Source: Octopus vulgaris
Lineage: Eukaryota
Assembly (NCBI GenBank): GCA_951406725.2
Contig: OX597820.1
Span: forward strand, 42,036,001 to 42,100,000
DNA: 64,000 bases
Reading direction: 5' to 3'
The position numbers and the translations under genes were made by a program. Under the pieces are notes generated by a model. The model was not told the origin of the DNA and searched no databases. It worked only from the letters and a program-made list of their open reading frames with translations. Numbering within the stretch: the first letter of the stretch is position 1; every line of letters begins with the position of its first letter. Below, piece by piece: positions 56,060 to 64,000 of the stretch.

Positions 56060-56200
56060 GAAACGGACTTTCCGATGGCTTTTCCCTTGGTTTCTATATA
56101 CAAAATTTCACTCACAACGCTTTGGTCAGCACGAGGTGTCCGAGGTGCCACCCTGTGGGATAGAACATGAAATTTAGTTGGTGCAGTACATAACTACATC
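56060..56200 (-). mobile_element. Decayed tRNA-derived SINE (fourth family), 5' part
   Basis: Minus strand gttctatcccacagggtggcacctcgg...gaccaaagcgttgtgagtgaaatttt matches a recalled octopus SINE (ggttcagtcccactgcgtggcaccttggg...gaccaaagccttgtgagtggattt); a weaker head remnant lies at about 60805-60895 (+). Confidence 0.55.
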
Positions 56201-56744
56201 TCCATGGCAACGAGTTTTAATACAATCCATGAATCTTGTTGTCTCATGAAGAAGGATCAGACCCACTTATAGTTATTGAAGATTTAATTACAATAGGTGG
56301 CAATATTTTTAATAGTCTATGTTTTGTCTTATGAAATTAACCTAATTAATAAATTGTTGAGGTACATAAAAAGTATTTATCTAACAGCTTGCATTATATC
56401 AAATATTGAATTCTACTTCTCCAGTGCCAGAAAAAGAGAAGTATCTAATCTTCGTGCAAAGGTTTAAACATGCAGGGGATATATATTGATGATTGAATTG
56501 GATTCTATACTCTGAAGATGTATATTACTGATAAAATTGAATTCTCTATGCCGTATTTTATAAAACCTAGAGCAATGTTTTAAGCTGAATTCAAAATATT
56601 TGAAATTAATGTTCATGAGAATGAAATTAAGTACTGTAAAGTTTTTCATCAGTCTACTTTTTCTATCATTCACTCCTCTATCGAAAGATAATTATACTGT
56701 AAATTATACAGATATTTCCAAGTTGTTTATCGAACAGAGTTGAC

Positions 56745-56941
56745 TGAGGGAACTTTCACGCAGATACTAGCTTTTTAGAAAATGTAGCCAAATCACTCTG
56801 AAAGGATAACTTAAAGTCTTAAATTAAGGAAATTTTAGATTATGCAGTTGAAAGAAAAATGGAACAGTCATGTTTGAACGTCTATAATCATATGACTTAT
56901 TATTTAGAGTTCATAAAGAAGTGAGCATTTATGGCAACAAC
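56745..56941 (+). mobile_element. Dispersed repeat family 2, heavily decayed copy
   Basis: ttagaaaatgtagccaaatc...cagtcatgtttgaacgtctataatcatatg...caacaac shows the same block order as the other copies. Confidence 0.5.
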
Positions 56942-57879
56942 GAAAACATCAACTTCCGTTTGTATAAATACATTTACTTGCAATATCAAACAACTTCGGA
57001 GAACCAAAAATTGATCTTCTCCATAAAACAGCTTCAAACAGTTTCAGGGACGTTAAAATAATAAAAACGTTCTTTTTTTTAAAAATGGATTTCCTTTCTG
57101 TGATGCTACTAATGTATTCCACACAATGACTTGACAGGTTCTCTAGATGCACTTTTTGACATTGTAACCATCCACAAAAACATTATAAAACACAAGGCGG
57201 TTGTATTAACACTGATACTATTTCTAAAATATTTGAAATTACAATATTTAACAAGCATAATTACAGCTTCACATATTCTATTTCCCACCAATAAATACAG
57301 ATCTGAAACAAATCTAGAAGGTAATCATTTTATTTTTTCATTATTTTTCAACACCTCCTAGATTGGTGGGAAGAAAGGAGAATGGCCTGAATGCTTTCAA
57401 CGGAGTAGACACTTTTAAATTGAACCAATGGTCAAGTGCTGTGCTTTTAAACCGGGTAATGGATTGAGCTCATCTTCCAAAAGCTAGAGCACTCTCCCCA
57501 ACATTCTTCATCACAGTCCCCTCCACCCAGCCTTTTGATCACCCATGGTTACTGGAATCTAACCCGAATATATATAGTTGGTAAGAAAACTTTTCAGGTA
57601 AGATTGAGATGTTATTCAAATGAAATCGATGATAAAATGTACCAAAATTTCATTTCTAGTATTATATTACGTTTTCGATGCAGTTGACTGCACAAATCTT
57701 GATTATATTCTAGCTACAATGGATTCGTTTGTATACATTATGCCAAAGCTGAATTTTACACTGAGTATCATCGAAAGAACTCACCACTTGCGTAATTCAA
57801 CAATTGCACTTAACAATACAATAAGTATCAGGATGGGTGCTATATAAACAAAATTATAACACAAATCAATTTGCCATTT

Positions 57880-58853
57880 AAGCTCCTTCTGAAGCAATAC
57901 CACGTAATCCAGCGCTCTTTCAATTGATAGAAGCATTCCTAGAACTCATTTTCCGGGATAATCAGCAGCTGCCTCATCGCATTCTTCCTTTCAAGCGTGC
58001 TTTGATTTTTGGAAAGAGGAAAACGTCGCAAGGGCGAGATATAGGGAATACGGTGACTGTTGAATCTGGGGAATGTTATGCCTAGCCAAAACATGCTGCA
58101 CAAGCTGCGCTGAATAGGAAGGTGTGTTGTCATGGTGCAATTGCCACTCACTGGTCGCATGCAGATGTCGCCTTTTCCAACGAATAGCAACCCGCAAACG
58201 CTGCAAAACGTCATGGTAGTACTCCAAGTTTACTGTATGACCAGGTGGAGCATACCCATGATGAACAGTCCCCTTGTAGTCGAAGAAAACGGCCAACAGT
58301 GTCTTCATTGCTTCGTCACATTCGTGCTTTCTTCGATCTTGGAGAAGTTTGGGGTCTTCTACTGTGCATTTGCTTCGGGGTCATAGCCATTAGACCCACA
58401 ATTCATCAGATTTTATGACCGTTTTCAAAAAGGTTTCATCCTTAACACAATCAAGGGGATCTTGTGCAACTGAAACCCAAGTTTCTTTTTGGTCAACTGA
58501 AAGCAGTGTTGGCAGAAACTTGGTAGACACGCGTCTCATACCCAAATTTTCAGTGATAATGGACTGAACTGAACTGTGACTAATCTGCCCATCCTCTGAT
58601 ACCTCACGAATGGTAATTCGACGATTTCCCCCCACAGTTCTTTTCAGTTCTGCTGGTTGCTGGTCTCCCAGAACGTTCGTTATTATCCACATTTTTTCGG
58701 CCATCTTGGAAACGTCTGAACCACACGTAAAATTGTGTGCGGCTCATACACGCCTCTTCATACACTTTCTGCAACCTTGCGTATGTCTCTGAGCAGGTGT
58801 CGCCAAGCTTTTGACAATTTTTGATTCAGATTTTCTGCTCAATGTTCTGTCAT
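57880..58853 (-). pseudogene. mariner transposase pseudogene
   Basis: From the ATG at 58853, across frameshifts: KLGDTCSETYARLQKVYEEACMSRTQFYVWFRRFQDGRKNVDNNERSGRP (HTH), NRRITIREVSE, LGMRRVSTKFLPTLL (WVP-equivalent), FLKTVIKSDELWV (D1), FFDYKGTVHH, WQLHHDNTPSY (D2), PYSLYLA (YSPDLAP with D3 lost), IPENEF*ECF. Confidence 0.93.
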
Positions 58854-59049
58854 GATCAATGCGATGATTACACGCTACACACGTTCATTACAAGCACTGC
58901 TGTAAACAGCGGAAGTGAGCTAGAACGTTAAAACCTTGTGCACGCGCACAATAGCGTTCAAAGTCAATCTGTGTTAAGCGGTTTTACGCTGCGAGCTTTA
59001 GCTTTGTTACTATGGCAACAGCCCGAATACTTATTGAGCAGACCACGTA
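57880..59049 (-). mobile_element. mariner (Tc1/mariner, DD34D-type) DNA transposon, 3'-truncated
   Basis: 5' TIR ta-cgtggtctgctcaataagtattcgggctg (59049 down to 59019) with the TA target dinucleotide, followed by a transposase relic; no matching 3' TIR found, and homology stops near 57880. Confidence 0.92.
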
Positions 59050-59488
59050 CACAATCCTGAAAATATACAAATAAATCTCCTTAAACGAAAATGATGATTC
59101 TACTTGTCTACAAATGAAGGCAAGAATCAAACCAGTTATGCAAGAAGGAACTCTTCTGAGATTTTTAAATGAATATTACAGAAGTATCAATTTTGAATGT
59201 ATTTGAATTTGAATTTTTCTTTCCATTTTGTGCACATGACGTAAGTCCGGCAAATGTATACAATCATCTAAAGCCAAAGCAACAAAGCAAATAGCTAGAA
59301 TGGCTCCACAAGAGAACGTTACATAATGATATTCTATCGCATGTCGTCATGTAGTATCCAAAATTTGTTTCAGTAAGTACTTTAGTGTGATACGAAGAAA
59401 CACTCATATATCCATACAAAAATATATGTATGCACGTTTGTTTGAGTGTACATATGTATGTGTGCGTATTTATGCATATATTTGTGCG

Positions 59489-59528
<40 letters not shown>

Positions 59529-61426
59529 CATATAAGCATACACGTGCACTGACAAATATACATACTTAAATGCATATATGAACAGGTTAAAACAAATAAA
59601 AGTCTAAAATAATAAAATACATAAATTTGCATACATTCAGAAAAGGAGGGAATGAGAAAATGAGAATTAGTTGCAAAGATTTGAATTTTCTGCATACATA
59701 CGCGCGCATCTTCAACCATTGTAGATTATTACACAAATGCACAATCTATAAAAAAAATTACTCACTAAAATGTATTGAAATATAAATAAAGCAATAAACA
59801 TAAACACCCTCAAACCTCAACTTAATTAGTGTAAGACGTTTGTAAAATTTGTGAATTCGTTTAAGACTCAGTCAATACTTTATCAGCTCCTACGGTGAGA
59901 TAAGTTGTCACAGCATTAAATATGTAGAATGGGTATAAAACCGTGATTGACTTTATCAGGAGAATGTTTTTGAAAGGTATCACTTAAACGAATTCTACAG
60001 TAAAGTCATCATTATAGGTTTCAATGATGTTTTGCTGAACTATTAAACATATTTACTTCTGCTCATTCAAATGCCTACTTCGAAATATGCTTGATATACA
60101 AGCTGGTATTTGTCGAGTAGCATCTTTAAGTGAAATATTACTTCTTCAGGTTTATATAATCTTTAATTTTCAAAATACCGTCTCGATCTAAAAACGAAAT
60201 CTGAGATAGGTCTTATGTTTTTGCATGAAAAGGTTTGAATGCATATTTAACAACTGGAAAAACCATTTTGCAAATATTTTAAGCGTTAGGGGAATTATAT
60301 TAATAATTGAGAAATTCAGTTGAAAATTAAATCAGTATAACAGAATAACCTAGTCTGTTCTTTATTTCTCTCTTTCTCTCCGCCCTTCATTGAAGGGCAC
60401 CCACATATATAATATATACAAATAATATGTGTATATGTGCTGGTCAAAATCAGCTTCGTCCTCCACTATCAATGCCATTAAGTCAATGCTATCTATTCTT
60501 CTACGCAAGAATTGGCTTACAAAGTCATCAACGCCATCATCACAAATGAAGCGTTCAGTAAAGAAGAAATTAGATATTCGGATACCACGACGATGATGAC
60601 AACGACGATGTGCATGTAGTACGTGGCTGTGTGCAAGGGTTAGCTGAGAGATAAAGATCTTTTAGTACACTGATGTTGCTAATTTCCCAACGTCAGTGTG
60701 AAATCTGAACGCCACAGCATCACTTATATTTATAATCTAAAAAGATATCCTGTGCTATCTCATAATATTGTTATAAGATTCTTTACTACAACGTCGGTTG
60801 TATACATGGCCATGTAGTTAAGTTCACTTCTCACATGGTTTCAGCTTCGATCGTATTCTGCGACAATATTTTCACATAGCTTCGAATCGACACCGGAAGC
60901 ACATCGGATTGAATATACCTGATCGTATTAGGGAGACTTAACACCACAACGTGGTTTAGGGCGGTTTTAGAAGAATCCATTCTATTGCAAACAACAGAAC
61001 CATGTAACCGGTCTGGTAAAACTTACTTTTTCAAACAACCTGTCTCGGAGGGCTTGGAAAAGGTCATTGGTGTTTCGCTCTTTACACTGAATAAACCATA
61101 ACAAAAAGTACATCAACAATAAGAAGAGAAGTCTATAGATAAAAGCTCTATATTCATAAGAGAAACTTCGTCAAATATGAAAAGGGGCGGACATCACATC
61201 AGCTTAATTTTATATCTTACGTCTGAAAATCTATAGAAAGCTTATTTATTTGATATTTACGAAAATGTCACAGATAGAATATAGGGATGATAAAATGTAA
61301 CGTTGATGCAATCAGTAAAAGGAAAAGGAAAAGGAAAAGGGCTTAGATACAGTAAGATCTTACAAACACACGCATGCAAATGTGTGTGCGTGCGCGCGTG
61401 CGTATGTGCACGTATATACTTTTAGA

Positions 61427-61431
61427 CAGAC

Positions 61432-61470
<39 letters not shown>

Positions 61471-61512
61471 GAGAGAGGTAGATAGATAGATAGACAGACA
61501 GACAGATAGATA
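61427..61512. repeat. (GATA)n/(GACA)n microsatellite
   Basis: Directly visible. Confidence 0.97.
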
Positions 61513-62409
61513 TCTGTAAATGTGCAAAGAAACACAAAAAGACAGGGAAGGAAAGAAAGGGAGAGGCATTTGCGTAGTAAGTAAAAGAGACAGAAGTAAA
61601 TGAGATGAAGATCTAGAAATATATTTTAAATGAGGTTAACTGAAGTGGATGATAAATGACGACGAAACAACATGCGTAACAATAACACCACTCCCACTAC
61701 CAGAAGTAGTAATAATATTAGTAACAGCAGCAGTAGCAGCAGCAGCAGCAGCGACAGCAGCAGTATTAGTATTAGTAGTAGTTGTAGTGTTGCAAAACAA
61801 TATTGTATTATTAATAACAAAAAAATATAAAAGTAGTAAAAATAAATATGTGACTAAATAAAAGAAAGCGACATTTGTTTAATTCAGTATGGTGGAGATT
61901 TGCTAAAGCGAAAGGAAGCTAGAAATGTTGTTAATAAATTCATAATCCCACGAGACGATAAAATTTAAGCCGTTGGTTTGGAATTATTACCAGACCGGGG
62001 GTGTTTTTCATTTCAATAAACGCAGAAACTCTTCAGGAAAAATCGATTTCAGGGTGAAAATAAGTTCAGAACAAAATGAAACAGAAGAAAACTATAAAAA
62101 GAAAGGAAAAATATAATAAAAAAATAAACTATTATTGTTATTATAAAGAGCAAATAAATAAATGAATAAATAAAGGTTAAATCTTTAAATTCAAAATCCA
62201 ATAAAAGTCTTTAGAATTCGAAGATTAACCTTTCGGCTTTGATTTCTTGTTTTGAGGATCTTTGTAGGTAGATTCTCTTCGAAATATAAGACCATTTCTT
62301 TCTATATTTACTGTCTGAAGTGAGAACGCATAAAGCAGAAGCACGTGCATCCACAAATACGTATATATAGCTACATATAGATACACACACACACACATAC
62401 ACACACACA

Positions 62410-62450
<41 letters not shown>

Positions 62451-62620
62451 ACAAACACACACACAACACATATCAGTAGAAACACTGAATCTTCTGGGAA
62501 ATTTACCTGTGATAGAGTGCTTTATGTCTTTGGAGATTCAGTTTTCACTCTCCCTACCTCTCCATCCGTCTGTTTCTCTCTCTGTGTGACTCTCACTCCC
62601 CTTATGACTCTCTCTCTCTC

Positions 62621-62660
<40 letters not shown>

Positions 62661-62896
62661 TCACTCTCTCACTCTGATGTATATAATGTTTCGGAGGCTA
62701 GTTATGTGCTAGAAGTCACTGAAATAAGGAACTCAGGACAAGAATAACGCTATAAACATATACATGGAGAGAATAACGCTTTCTCTACGAATGGTTAGAT
62801 GATACGTTTATACAGACCCAAAACTTGCAGCCTTTTGTAACATGTGTGTGTGTGTGCGTGTATAGTAGAAGTAGAAGTAAAAATGTCCTTGGTACA

Positions 62897-62932
62897 GTAC
62901 ATATTTTGGTACATATTTTGGTACATATTTTG
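62897..62932. repeat. 12-bp tandem repeat gtacatattttg x3
   Basis: Directly visible. Confidence 0.92.
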
Positions 62933-63229
62933 AAAGATACATAGAAATGGGTTTTCTGATGATTTTTCAACTTTAATAATTAGATGTTTACAAATTAAAC
63001 ACCTAATAATTTATAAACATCAAATTGATAAAGTGAAAAAATTATCGGAAAATCCATTTCCATTTATTTTTTTCAAATGTATATATAAATTTATAAAATT
63101 ATAAAACAAGAAGATAGAATGAACAGGTTTTAGTCACAAATATCAACTATTGTTTCTATGGCTTGTTAACAGTTGTTAGTTACTGAGGCTTCCATATCAT
63201 ACCATGTAGATATTATATAAATACATATG

Positions 63230-63819
<590 letters not shown>

Positions 63820-64000
63820 TTTGTGTGCACAAGCGTACCCGTTCTTATCTGAAGAGTAGGGACAATTAGATAGTGAACAAGACTAACTCTCGACAGTTTT
63901 TGCTGTAAGTGAGTGTTACAGATATTAGAGGAATTAAACTCCATAATGTAAGTAAATTATTTAATTAAATGTTGTTGTATGTGCCAGCCTCTGAATTTTT

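Overview
AT-rich, microsatellite-dense eukaryotic non-coding DNA (intergenic or deep intronic). The repeat complement, recognised from memory rather than by search, points to a cephalopod, most likely Octopus. I found no credible host protein-coding exon, rRNA, intact tRNA or CRISPR array, and nearly all ORFs in the track are simple-repeat read-throughs. The supportable content is mobile DNA: (1) about ten copies of a tRNA-derived SINE with one head/core and three alternative 3' tails; (2) copies of other SINE-like families; (3) a decayed R4/Dong-clade RT fragment (3030-4048, -) next to a probable I-group LINE 3' end; (4) two RTE-clade C-terminal fragments with C2H2 zinc fingers embedded in (TATG)n (43373-44446); (5) a near full-length but dead mariner (57880-59049, -); (6) weaker remnants of a second mariner, a piggyBac-like transposase and Penelope-like ends with decayed hammerhead-like motifs. 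The most unusual signal is a recurrent set of near-perfect local inverted duplications (9758-9895, 20828-20905, 23663-23732, 48557-48618) and templated direct micro-duplications inside otherwise decayed repeats, consistent with template switching that creates hairpins. I cannot claim a new biological system from this window; these are testable leads.
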